Shown here one piece after another: positions 27,901 through 37,172 of a DNA stretch of 64,000 bases. Position numbers and translations under genes: made by a program. The notes beneath the pieces were generated by a model. It saw only the letters and a program-made list of their open reading frames with translations, was not told the origin of the DNA and did not search any database. Within the stretch, counting starts at the first letter, position 1, and the number at the start of each line of letters is the position of its first letter. This stretch comes from a bacterium (GTDB taxonomy: Bacteria > Electryoneota > JAOADG01). The stretch is from contig OY820579.1 in NCBI GenBank assembly GCA_963681965.1, positions 3,936,001 to 4,000,000 on the forward strand, in the 5' to 3' direction.

Positions 27901-30167
27901 TCCGATTGCCATTCCCAGTGCAGTATTACGGCAAGCGGTACGATTCGTTGACGATCTGCTCCAATGGTTGGGCAGCATTCGGCAGTCAGCCGATGTACAA
28001 CAATTTCCGGAATTGGCACTTACCCGCTGCTGAAGGTCCGCGGAATTTGGTGGCAGTGTTTTGGGAAGATTTGATGTTCGGTACTCCGACCAGCGGTGTT
28101 TATATCTACAACGATACCGCATCTCATCGGTACGTCGTGACCTGGAGGACGCAGAATACTTTCGGAAATATGCCGAATGAATTTCAGTTGTTGATCTATC
28201 AGCAGGAAAATTGGCCGACTTTGACCGGCGATGCGCCGTTGACGTTCCAATACAAGGATTTCAACAATATCACCGGCGACACCTACGAACCGGATTTTGC
28301 GACGATTGGAATCGCCGACAACAGTCGCCTCTCGGCAATCGAGTACAGTTATGAAAATTTGTATACGCCGGGGAGTTCCTTTATCGCGAACAATACCGGT
28401 GTAAATTTCGCGATATCGTTTACTACTTCTCCGACCGACACGATGCTGCATATCTATACTCCGAATGGTCGGGATACCCTGCAAGTCGGATCTCCCTACC
28501 GGTTCTCGTGGTCCGGTCGACCCGCCCTCGCTACTCTTCATATCGAGTTGAAGCGGGACTTCCCGAATGGTGTTTGGGAACGAATTCTCCGCAATGTTCC
28601 CAATACTGGTTCGGCAACTTGGACGGTTGCCGGGAATGTTTCAAATCATGCCCGTTTCCGGCTACTGTCGTTGGATGGAATTGATAGCGACACTTCGAAG
28701 GCATCGGTAATTTCGAGTGGAACTTCGACACTGGCACTAACCAACCATGATTATCTCGATTGGGTAATTGGCGATCCGGTCGCGATCAATTGGGATGGTG
28801 CGATGCTGGTCGGTACCGTTCGCATCGAGTTAAACCGCGACTACCCAACAGGTACTTGGGAAACGATCGTACCCGATGCCGTTTCTTCGACTCGTACGGC
28901 AGTTTGGACGGTTACCGGACCGGTCACCGACCATGCGCAATTCCGGATTTTCTTCAATCATCTACCGACAGTTGGCGATACTAGTTCGGTGGTGGTGATT
29001 TCGCAACCGGCACACTTAATTGTTGATCCGAATCCCATCAATCGAACGGTTTCTCCTGCCGACTCAACCACTTCGATCATCACTGTCACGAACGATGGTG
29101 GATCGCCGTTCGTCGGTACGCTGTCTGCGAATTGCGGCGTCGATGGGTTCACCTTCATCAAGTCGAGTGAGGTGGGTGGTCCGACTTACTCTTGGATCAG
29201 CAATACTAGCGGGACAAGAGTCAATCAATTGGTAAATGGACCGTATACGTTACCGTTTACATTCTCATTGTATGGGACGGCATACACACAAATGTGGATC
29301 GGTTACAACGGCTGGCTCACGTTCGAAAATCCAGGCGCGAATCAAGCACTTCATCAGCAGCAGTTGCCGTATACGGTGATGCAAAGCTTCCTGACACCGC
29401 TGTGGAGCCATTACCAGTCCGGATCGGGGACAGTACGGTATACTTTTAATCGACAATACTGCTTGATCTCCTGGGAAGGGATGCAACGATATCAGATGAC
29501 CGGTTCCTCTTATACTTTCGAAGCCATGCTCTATCCCGATGGCTCGATCGTGTATCAATACCAGACAGCAGTTGAGGCTGATACCGTTTGCTGCTCAGGG
29601 GTACAGAGCAGCGATCACACGATGTATCTCAATGCGATCCATCGCGAACCGGTACCGACTCCATCGGCTACAAAATTTTATACGTCGCAACGGTGGTCAG
29701 TTCCACAATTGACCAGTTTATCCATTCCGAGTGGCGGACAGCAGCAAATCACTGTAAGTTGGAATGCCCGAATTCGGGTGTTAGGTGATTCACTGGTTGG
29801 GAACTATGTGTTTGCCGGAAATGAAAATCGAGTTCGATTGGTGGTTCCGGTTAGTATGGTCGTTCGCACGACCGATGTTGCGAACACCATGCTGCAATTG
29901 CCCGATCGGTTTGCTCTGCATCCCAATTATCCCAATCCATTCAATCCAGAAACGATGATCCGATTTGATCTGGCGCATTCCGATTTGACTTCGGTAAAAG
30001 TCTTCGATGTGACGGGACGCTTGGTTTCTACTCTGATGAATGGAAAACAGATTGCGGGTCGGCATACGATTCGATTTAATGGAAACCGATATGCCGCCGG
30101 GGTCTATTTCGTGCAGGTGAAGAGCGGCCCGAATACCGCCACGCAGAAGATTGTTCTGGTGAAGTAG
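24942..30167 (+). CDS. Secreted C25 (gingipain-like) cysteine peptidase, multidomain, with T9SS-type C-terminal domain
   Basis: Signal peptide; propeptide GKPALP; VILVGE, TDHSY..LAGDD.LAD; putative dyad WAHR / NLTCGSG; NNIMGD; Ig-like GNGQLNPGE; PTGPDSYGY; CTD NYPNPFNPET...GVYF...KIVLVK. Start placed at ATG 24942 after GGGAG. Confidence 0.88.
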   Translation: MLLRATSLRKLPTPILHALVVFSLLFTAHPSISRALTPADYDFDGVPVTNSIHINVTTLGVGHLFLRFEAPAISMESVTANDRDWTLVKLDGEGRIWETGKPALPAVMRAVRMPNTGNVEVRIRNAQYQDYYNIDILPQQPFADVDATGNSLIPPFVYDDKTYLSDSWYPSNPYLLNNTAIMRDARISLFSYYPVQYQPSTRTLRVYTQYELEIIPVGGVGVNELLSSPKPVPSFASLYRDILGADDLVEDNLAATPGQILVIARSSTSTTAAFQSYIEWKTLSGHPVRLMAPANQGWSTSDVMSVIQTAYTTWNPPLESVILVGEGGSTMQSLYLPSYIVGENLATDHSYMQLAGDDILADVPLSRMSTSQISQLQTMISRTIGFEKAPPISDSIYFTTGWGYAGVSHEVLSNRPAVRFMLEMMNRRGVTNTRYDEHSSSVNYTTIQQATMHSILWAHRAAWVGELDPANFLTFMNTFRPFVSLNLTCGSGNWFGDQLTGINEALIRSGSSALPTGALSGMSTESSETKPAFNNVVATGVYYGFGVNDNTNPGSMYLAGKFNLWRNFQVSQADQVTNFSQWNNIMGDVTPLIWTGMPKRVTCTMPDTISRNATQMICNVTRNDEPLGKALVTAWKRNATGTNETYVRVTTDANGNAIIPLTNQTDGVMLISVTGNLPGQNIYPYVDSVRVLRQSVDLTVGTTIVNDSDTGTVGNGNGQLNPGETIRGAIQLTNSGDVALTNLNAAISSSDRRVTILDTSVSLASIGTGSSVTLPSIRLQVASTYSDGETVPLALNITTTQGSLKVYVNIPVRSFHLNLVTTHLINFPALEPQMISDFAVTVNNSGGWYPSSATSAVLYSLNREIRVTRSTTSFASLPNNVDVTNLATDRWEISTTSLLDPGLPASMMVVFSNGSIRDTIRFDIPVVGPSSSQPTGPDSYGYRAFDMNDIDYGQVPSYNWREIIDNSLGYRLDLHDDAYNRDSSVVVRLPFPVQYYGKRYDSLTICSNGWAAFGSQPMYNNFRNWHLPAAEGPRNLVAVFWEDLMFGTPTSGVYIYNDTASHRYVVTWRTQNTFGNMPNEFQLLIYQQENWPTLTGDAPLTFQYKDFNNITGDTYEPDFATIGIADNSRLSAIEYSYENLYTPGSSFIANNTGVNFAISFTTSPTDTMLHIYTPNGRDTLQVGSPYRFSWSGRPALATLHIELKRDFPNGVWERILRNVPNTGSATWTVAGNVSNHARFRLLSLDGIDSDTSKASVISSGTSTLALTNHDYLDWVIGDPVAINWDGAMLVGTVRIELNRDYPTGTWETIVPDAVSSTRTAVWTVTGPVTDHAQFRIFFNHLPTVGDTSSVVVISQPAHLIVDPNPINRTVSPADSTTSIITVTNDGGSPFVGTLSANCGVDGFTFIKSSEVGGPTYSWISNTSGTRVNQLVNGPYTLPFTFSLYGTAYTQMWIGYNGWLTFENPGANQALHQQQLPYTVMQSFLTPLWSHYQSGSGTVRYTFNRQYCLISWEGMQRYQMTGSSYTFEAMLYPDGSIVYQYQTAVEADTVCCSGVQSSDHTMYLNAIHREPVPTPSATKFYTSQRWSVPQLTSLSIPSGGQQQITVSWNARIRVLGDSLVGNYVFAGNENRVRLVVPVSMVVRTTDVANTMLQLPDRFALHPNYPNPFNPETMIRFDLAHSDLTSVKVFDVTGRLVSTLMNGKQIAGRHTIRFNGNRYAAGVYFVQVKSGPNTATQKIVLVK

Positions 30168-30203
30168 ACACTGAACGATCGGTATTCTTGCTTTTATAGT
30201 GGT

Positions 30204-30303
30204 TCTTGATAATATGTTGTCACAATTCGGTGTCAGGCTTCGCCTGACCTGCGGGCGGACGCGGGGATCCGCCCCTACTAGTGATAACAACTTATTTTCA
30301 AGA
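30204..30303. repeat. 100-bp modular REP element with terminal inverted repeats
   Basis: TCTTGATAATATGTTGT ... ACAACTTATTTTCAAGA enclosing two hairpins; paralogous to 11469-11568. Confidence 0.88.
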
Positions 30304-30315
30304 GATGCTACAAAT

Positions 30316-30346
30316 AAAACGGGCGACCACGATGGTCGCCCGTTTT
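30316..30346. terminator. Bidirectional terminator-like hairpin
   Basis: aaaaCGGGCGACCA-cga-TGGTCGCCCG-tttt between convergent genes. Confidence 0.75.
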
Positions 30347-30367
30347 CATATCAACTATCCGTCAATA

Positions 30368-33300
30368 TTATGCGTGGATTGCTTTCCGGTTAATTTTGCC
30401 GATCCAGATCAGCAATACTACGATGATGATGGCATCGAAGATCGCGACCTGCCAGATGAGCGGCTGGTATCCCGCCTCGACACAATACATTGTCAATCGA
30501 GCCAGAATAACTGTCATCCCAGTGATCAGATACACCATCGGATGCGGATCGATGATGAATTTCAACACGAGATACATCACCCCGACCGTCGCAATCGCAT
30601 TGATGAAACCGTATAGCCATTCACCGGGATAGATGGCTTGACCCGGCATAAAGGCAATGACGAGGATCGCACCCAATAGCAGCCTTTGCAGCGGTTTCTG
30701 CCATTTCTGCGACCAGATGTAGAGGATGAATGCACCTAGAGCAAATATCGAGATACTCATCCCGATTAATTCCGAAATCAGTTGAAATGCTTGAACCGGT
30801 GCGAACATAAATTCATTACTCAATAGCTGTTGCGGTGGTAAGAATTTCGTACTGACCGATGCCAACAGACTGGAAATGACACCGAGAAGCAACCGCCCAC
30901 CGATAACAGCAGCAACTGCAATCAGGATCGATTGGAAATTGATTTTCAATTTGGGTTTTCGCAACGACTCGAAAGCATTCGGGAACAGACCGAGCAATAC
31001 CCCGAAGACCAGCCAAACACCGACCCAGATCGAAATACCGGATATCACCCAGGTGACAAATTGGGTAACCCGGAATACTTGCAAAGGAATTTCGGGATTA
31101 TCGAAATGCATATCGCGCATCGTCACGAAAGTGTTGTAGTTACTAATCAAGATCAGAATTCCCGGTACAATCGACCACATCAACGCCTTTTTCCACGGGA
31201 TGAGACCCTTGCGAGCAATCAGGAAAATCGTGACAATCAACCCAAAAACGATGGTTGCGATGGCGAGGATATTGATGGTTCGATAGATCGCGCGACTTGG
31301 GGTTGTAGCGTGATGGTCGCGAATCCATTTCTCCGGGACCTTGAAGTAGTAATTCGGACCAAACTGAATCTTATTACCGGTAACGACACCAGTCACTCGA
31401 TACTTTGCATCGAAGAAATGGCGGGAGTCGCCGTCTTTTGCTTCGTAGGTGATGTAGTGATCGATCCGCTTCGGTTTTTTCTCCTGATTGTACTCTTTGA
31501 CCTCCCACTGCGATAGATCCATTCCCCTTGCCCGCATTAACACTTCGATCATTGCCTGAGCGGAATCGCGACTCAGTGAATCGCCGGGCATTTCCTCCGG
31601 TGGAATCAGTCCAAGAGAGAGAATATTTCCAGTTGCAATGGATGCGCGTCCCCAGTATTTCAATCGAGATTCCGGTTTATATGCATTGACGATCACCGAC
31701 GGTTCGCGGAAACGCGTTTGCAACAAATTGTTTGCTTCTTTGATTGACCGGGAATGTTTGAGGAGGTACGCATTGAAATCGGGATCGGTACTATTATCGT
31801 TCTGTTGAACCGGCACATACATCGTCAGGGTGTCGGGATTCGCCCAGCCACTGCTGCGGAGGGTATCGGCGAAGTTCTTCAGCATCGTCGCTTTCGACGC
31901 TTTATACGTGATGTAACTGCGGAATTGATCGATCGGTAGCAACGACCCAGCGATACCGACGATCAGCAAGATTACTACGAGTGCCCAACCACGACCGTGC
32001 GAACTTGGCAGGGTTTCGATCGCTGGTTCGGAAATGAATGCCGATTCTGAAGTAGCTGCACTAGCCTCGGATGATCCCGTAACCGGTTCATCGGGCTCCG
32101 GAGGCAAATCCGGTGCAAGTGCAGTGGAACCGACATCGGCATTCGCTAAGCCAAGTTCCGGTTCGAACGAATGTCTCCGGATGTAGGCGATGATTGCAAT
32201 GAGCAATGGGATAATTAACAGACCGGCAGCGATTCCACCGGTTAATTGGAAATATAGATTCTGACTGCGGAGCATCAGGAACGCCGTGTACAACGCATCA
32301 ACGGAATAGTGCCAAACCAAACAGGCAAGAATTCCGAACCGCAGCATGATGATCCCGACAATGATACCGCCAATACCGACTTCGACACCGCGAATCCACC
32401 ACGGTTCATTCGGATAAGCGGCATGTCCGAAACCCCAGATAATCGCCGGGATAAATATTGCCAACCAATTGAACCTCCCTTTAAACAGTTTCTGCAGGAA
32501 GGGGATCGAGAACATTCGGCTCATAAATTCTTCGGAGACTGCCGGGAAGAATCCCATCATCAACACGGCTGCCCACGGGAAAGAGGTCTTTAACAGGTCG
32601 TCGTAGGGTACATCGGCAGGGCTCCAAGCCCCGAATTTACCGGCAATGAGATAGTAGGCAATCTGATAGGAAAAGAAGAATGCCGTCATTGAGATGCCGA
32701 GCAGAATGCTCTTGAAAGTGGATTTGGTGCGCAATGCTCTAACCGAGAACATGCGACCGAGCGCCATTGCGTTGGGATAGCGCTCGCGATACATCGTCTC
32801 GGCGGAGGCGGTCAGGAGCAGTATTCCGACGCCAGCCATAAGCGCCATGAAAATGTTTCCGCCGATCGTCTTGATGAGAAATCCCGACCAAGGGTCGGTC
32901 GTATTATAATAGACGAAACCAGCAGTCAGATTGTTCATCGAATTGAGGAATGCGAGAATCGTTGCGACAATACCGAACCAGACCGCGGTTCGCCACTGAA
33001 TATCCTTCTTCCGGATCCGGATGATGAGAATGATACCGATCGCGAGTGCCGTCAAAATCATCCCGATACCATCAACCGATCCTGCAGCATTGTTATAACT
33101 GCGCATCTTGGTGTACTTCGCACTCCACGCCTCGGGAACAAACAACTCCTCGCGGTACTGCGAAATCTTACCGCATTGAACCCGGACATAATAGCGGTAA
33201 TCGGAGCCAGAAACCGGTTGAATCGAGGAATCGCGATAGGTAAAATCCCAATCGGTACGGTTAGGGCGACCGAGTTTACTGGTTTCGAAGAACTTTACCC

Positions 33301-33805
33301 GGGTCGAGTCAAGTGCACGGGTTTTATAGATGTACTCATTCGCCACTTGGATCGCTTCGGCTTCGGTGGGTGACGGTCCCGAAGCTTCTTCCGGAATCGC
33401 ATGAAAGAAACCAACCATCCGCCCATCGGGTGAGATATGTACGGAGAACTCTTCTTTCGTTGATGGCTTAAACCAGCGATGCCACCAGTACCAAATTGAG
33501 ATTGGCTTTCCATAGTAGGCTTGCGCTTTGGTGTTACCGAGTTCCTTCTCGAGGTAGGTCTTCGACCAACCATTGTAATCGAATGCGCTACCGTGGATGT
33601 ATCCGGGTGGTACGGTCACTTGGTGATCAGTCAGGACTGTTTGCGCCAGTGCCTGCGAACCGTCGCGATCATACTTGAAATCGATCGAAGCTTCCGGGAA
33701 GGCATCGCGAAAAAATGCGCGACTAAACAGGAAGCCACCGATTAGTATTGCACAACAGATAACGATAAAAATCCAATCAGAGCGGTTAAGGCGATTAGTA
33801 TTCAT
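30368..33805 (-). CDS. Large CPBP (type II CAAX/Abi) intramembrane metalloprotease with duplicated extracytoplasmic modules
   Basis: AVSEEFMSR, WGFGH and WHYSVD correspond to CPBP motifs EExxxR, FxxxH-like and HxxxN/D; many TM helices; internal repeat. Confidence 0.85.
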   Translation of the reverse strand: MNTNRLNRSDWIFIVICCAILIGGFLFSRAFFRDAFPEASIDFKYDRDGSQALAQTVLTDHQVTVPPGYIHGSAFDYNGWSKTYLEKELGNTKAQAYYGKPISIWYWWHRWFKPSTKEEFSVHISPDGRMVGFFHAIPEEASGPSPTEAEAIQVANEYIYKTRALDSTRVKFFETSKLGRPNRTDWDFTYRDSSIQPVSGSDYRYYVRVQCGKISQYREELFVPEAWSAKYTKMRSYNNAAGSVDGIGMILTALAIGIILIIRIRKKDIQWRTAVWFGIVATILAFLNSMNNLTAGFVYYNTTDPWSGFLIKTIGGNIFMALMAGVGILLLTASAETMYRERYPNAMALGRMFSVRALRTKSTFKSILLGISMTAFFFSYQIAYYLIAGKFGAWSPADVPYDDLLKTSFPWAAVLMMGFFPAVSEEFMSRMFSIPFLQKLFKGRFNWLAIFIPAIIWGFGHAAYPNEPWWIRGVEVGIGGIIVGIIMLRFGILACLVWHYSVDALYTAFLMLRSQNLYFQLTGGIAAGLLIIPLLIAIIAYIRRHSFEPELGLANADVGSTALAPDLPPEPDEPVTGSSEASAATSESAFISEPAIETLPSSHGRGWALVVILLIVGIAGSLLPIDQFRSYITYKASKATMLKNFADTLRSSGWANPDTLTMYVPVQQNDNSTDPDFNAYLLKHSRSIKEANNLLQTRFREPSVIVNAYKPESRLKYWGRASIATGNILSLGLIPPEEMPGDSLSRDSAQAMIEVLMRARGMDLSQWEVKEYNQEKKPKRIDHYITYEAKDGDSRHFFDAKYRVTGVVTGNKIQFGPNYYFKVPEKWIRDHHATTPSRAIYRTINILAIATIVFGLIVTIFLIARKGLIPWKKALMWSIVPGILILISNYNTFVTMRDMHFDNPEIPLQVFRVTQFVTWVISGISIWVGVWLVFGVLLGLFPNAFESLRKPKLKINFQSILIAVAAVIGGRLLLGVISSLLASVSTKFLPPQQLLSNEFMFAPVQAFQLISELIGMSISIFALGAFILYIWSQKWQKPLQRLLLGAILVIAFMPGQAIYPGEWLYGFINAIATVGVMYLVLKFIIDPHPMVYLITGMTVILARLTMYCVEAGYQPLIWQVAIFDAIIIVVLLIWIGKINRKAIHA

Positions 33806-34076
33806 GATGGATCCTCGATCAAGGCGTTGTAGCGGATGGTAATAATCTATAGATAATACAATATTTTTAAATTTATTTCAACGATTTGGTGGTTTCCGGA
33901 ACTTTTTTGGTCTTCAGGTAAACGTTCGGCTTTTAGGGTTATCGGCGTTAACTCGAGATTTCATCTCAAGTTCGGTCGATGATCGTGAAAATTTGCCCTC
34001 TAGAGTACTAAAATCTTTATAAAAGTAGTGTTCGACAGTGTATTTTGTCTTGAATATTTCGTACGTTATTGTACTT

Positions 34077-37000
34077 ATGCCAAACACCGATTCGCGCCCC
34101 CGGCTCCGGCGCTTACTACCGATCAAACTAGCAATTCCGGGAATCGGAATCGTTTTGTTCGCGATTCTGCTATTCGTCTCGCTTTCCATTGCAGCCGAAC
34201 CCCCGGTTCGAATACTCCACCGCGCCAAACAACTGCATTCACAGGGTCTGTTGATCGAGGCAAGCGATCAATACGCCAGCTATCTTCGGGTTGCTCCCGA
34301 CGATTTGGATACCCGTTGGCTGCTGGTGGAATTGCTGGTCTTTCTTAAACGTTACGAAGCGGCTCAATCAAATTTGGAATTCCTCCGGGCGAAATCGCCG
34401 AATGATCCCCGGCTAAAACTGTTCAAACTGGATAAATACACGAAACGCGAAAAGAAACGAGTTCCGTTCGATCATCGCACCGAAAAAGAGTTTGAAGAAA
34501 TCATCGCCAAAGGGAATCCTAAACCGGAAATCCTACTCGACTATGCTCGATATTTGACTTCGACCAATCATCTTCCGCGAGCAATCGAAATCTATCGGAT
34601 GTACCTCAAACAACGCCCTGAAGATGTTACCTCGCGCCTGAATCTGGCAAAAATTTTTTCATGGACGAAAGGGTTCGATGCCGGGCGAGCGGAATGCCAG
34701 ATTCTCTTGAAACAGAATCCGAAAAATGCCGATGCATTGGGTGTTCTGGGCGATATTTATGCTTGGAGTAGTCAGGAAGAAACCGCCATAACCTATTACC
34801 GGCAGGCACAGCAATTTGCTTCCAATCCCGGTTTCTATGCAGAGAAAATAAAACGTTTGCTTGCGACCCCGGGTTATAAAGAAATCGATATGATGAGTCG
34901 CGCGAAGAAGGATCATACTGGTAAAGTCGCCTTGGAGCTGGCAAAACTATTACTCGATCAAGGTCGCGAAGACGAAGCCGATTCGCTGGTACAAGTTCGA
35001 CTGGAATATACCTCGCAGGATTCCGAAGCAATCAATTTATCCGAAACGATTAAAGTGCATCGCGAGAAACGACTCACGGAGAATCGCATTCGACTCAACG
35101 AGCGGCTTCTCACCAATCCGAAAGATACACTTGCCTTGCTGGGTCTCGCACAGACGCTTTATCAATATCCCGATTCGATTATGGTCGCATCGCGGATTTA
35201 TGTTCGGTATCTCAATCTCCGCCCCTCGGACAATCAGGCACGATTGGAATACGCCAACACCCTGTTGTGGGCAGGACGGTGGGAGGAAGCGGAAAAAGAG
35301 CTACGGTCGTTAAGCATCGTAATGAAGGACAATCTCGATGTGCAGTTGGGATTGGCTGATGCGATGCTGCGTAGTTCGCACGATCCTTCCGCATCGGAGC
35401 GGATCTACCGCTTGGCATTGATGAAGAAACCGGACGATATCACGATCAAAACCGGATTAGGCGAAGCGCTGCGGATGCAGGGTCGGTATAACGAAGCGCG
35501 TCAGATTTTTTCGGAAGTATTGGAAGCCGACTCCACCAATAAGTGGATCAGTTTTATTCTCGGTTACATGGATGAAGATTACGGACCCCTGATTCATGCT
35601 GCTGAGAAAGCCGTCGAAGCTGCACCCGACGATCCCGATGCGATCAAACGTCTAGCAGAATATTATTTGAAGTCGAAGCGGTATCGCGATGCCGAAACCA
35701 GTTATCGAAGATTGTTGAATATCGAGCCGAATAATCCGATTGCACTCGAAATCGTACATAATCTCGAACGTCGAAAACTCGGCTGGCAATTCGAGCAATT
35801 CAACAACACGATGTTCGAGATGGGAACGAATCCCGAGAGTGCCGAATCGCATTTATTACTCGCCGATTTCTTGATCAGCGAAGAAAATTATCCGGAGGCG
35901 ATCGAACAGTATAAAACGGTACATCAGATGAAACCGGACGATCGCGACATTGAGTTGCAGCTAGCCGATTTATACGAATCCAATAAACAACTAAGTGAAG
36001 CGATTGAAATCTATCGTCGGTTGGCAACCGATTTCCCGAACAATTACGAATATCGCTATCGATTGGCGCAAGCCTTGTTGGAACGTGGCGACAACACAGC
36101 AGCTCTGCAGGCATTTGAAACTGCCAATACGATGAATCCGGATGCCGTCGAAACCCTCTTGGGAATCGCCGAATTGTATCAATTAAAAAACGAAACGGAA
36201 CTAGCGATCGAGAAGTATCTCGCGATTCTATCCGCACATCCGGAAAACGAACCGGCTAAAACGGCATTGTCGGACATCAAAGGTTCGGTTATTCGCGGTA
36301 TTCAGTTCTCCGCGAATCAGGAATCCGACAACGGCGACTACTCGACTCAAGCGCAAGAAGCGACGATCGATCTCGGACTATCCATCCGTAATGCTTACCG
36401 CATCGGCTACGGTCAGTTGAAGATCAAACAGAAATCGGTTGAGTACAAAGCGTGGCAAATTTTCGCAGAAACAGATATCCGGTTGGCGAAAAACTTCTGG
36501 AATTCCAGCTCGTATCACCAATATCAGTGGGAAGAGAGTTATTCGCCATCCTATCGAACCGAATTCCGTTATCTCTGGTCAGATGACAAATTGGGTTCTA
36601 ACGCCGAATTACGTGTATCGGGTTCGAAACAGGACGCGATCTTCGATATTGGCAGTGAAGATTCCTTGCGAAGTATGTCAAAAGGGCTCAGCTCGGTCGT
36701 GGGCGGTGTCCATGGACTGTTTTCTTACTGGCGGTTTGGATTGGAAGGGGATTATACCTACACCGATATCTCGGATAACAATCACCGGGATTGGTCGTGG
36801 GGTGAATTGGGTTATCGTCTGAATCCCTATCTAACGGTGGGTGCGCGCCGGGAAAGCTTGCGGTTCACCAATCCTTCGCAGCTCTATTGGTCATCGAAAA
36901 TTTACGACACGTTCGGCGGATGGGCTCAGATAAAACGGTCATCGACCAAATTGGACTTTTCCGCTAAGGGAATTGTCACAAAAGTATTTCACACCAATTC

Positions 37001-37148
37001 TACCGAGCGAACCGTGGAAGCAGAGCTTGAGTATAAATTGAAAGAGTGGATTTCGATCGGGGGAAGTTACAACGCGATTGCAACTCAACACGAAACCGGC
37101 AAGTACACGTCGCAAGGATTTACCGTAACGCTCAATACTAGTTGGTAA
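34077..37148 (+). CDS. TPR-repeat protein with predicted C-terminal outer-membrane beta-barrel (PgaA/PelB/BcsC-like architecture)
   Basis: Many TPRs (RLNLAKIFSW, LGDIYAWS, RLEYANTLLWAG); last ~290 aa of alternating beta-strands ending in aromatic W; start placed at ATG 34077. Confidence 0.75.
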   Translation: MPNTDSRPRLRRLLPIKLAIPGIGIVLFAILLFVSLSIAAEPPVRILHRAKQLHSQGLLIEASDQYASYLRVAPDDLDTRWLLVELLVFLKRYEAAQSNLEFLRAKSPNDPRLKLFKLDKYTKREKKRVPFDHRTEKEFEEIIAKGNPKPEILLDYARYLTSTNHLPRAIEIYRMYLKQRPEDVTSRLNLAKIFSWTKGFDAGRAECQILLKQNPKNADALGVLGDIYAWSSQEETAITYYRQAQQFASNPGFYAEKIKRLLATPGYKEIDMMSRAKKDHTGKVALELAKLLLDQGREDEADSLVQVRLEYTSQDSEAINLSETIKVHREKRLTENRIRLNERLLTNPKDTLALLGLAQTLYQYPDSIMVASRIYVRYLNLRPSDNQARLEYANTLLWAGRWEEAEKELRSLSIVMKDNLDVQLGLADAMLRSSHDPSASERIYRLALMKKPDDITIKTGLGEALRMQGRYNEARQIFSEVLEADSTNKWISFILGYMDEDYGPLIHAAEKAVEAAPDDPDAIKRLAEYYLKSKRYRDAETSYRRLLNIEPNNPIALEIVHNLERRKLGWQFEQFNNTMFEMGTNPESAESHLLLADFLISEENYPEAIEQYKTVHQMKPDDRDIELQLADLYESNKQLSEAIEIYRRLATDFPNNYEYRYRLAQALLERGDNTAALQAFETANTMNPDAVETLLGIAELYQLKNETELAIEKYLAILSAHPENEPAKTALSDIKGSVIRGIQFSANQESDNGDYSTQAQEATIDLGLSIRNAYRIGYGQLKIKQKSVEYKAWQIFAETDIRLAKNFWNSSSYHQYQWEESYSPSYRTEFRYLWSDDKLGSNAELRVSGSKQDAIFDIGSEDSLRSMSKGLSSVVGGVHGLFSYWRFGLEGDYTYTDISDNNHRDWSWGELGYRLNPYLTVGARRESLRFTNPSQLYWSSKIYDTFGGWAQIKRSSTKLDFSAKGIVTKVFHTNSTERTVEAELEYKLKEWISIGGSYNAIATQHETGKYTSQGFTVTLNTSW

Positions 37149-37172
37149 TATTACATAATCGGGGATTTCATT

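Noticed and set aside
30368-33805. Abortive-infection (Abi) phage defence
   Set aside because: 'Abi' is a legacy name for the CPBP protease family, and there is no defence-island context.
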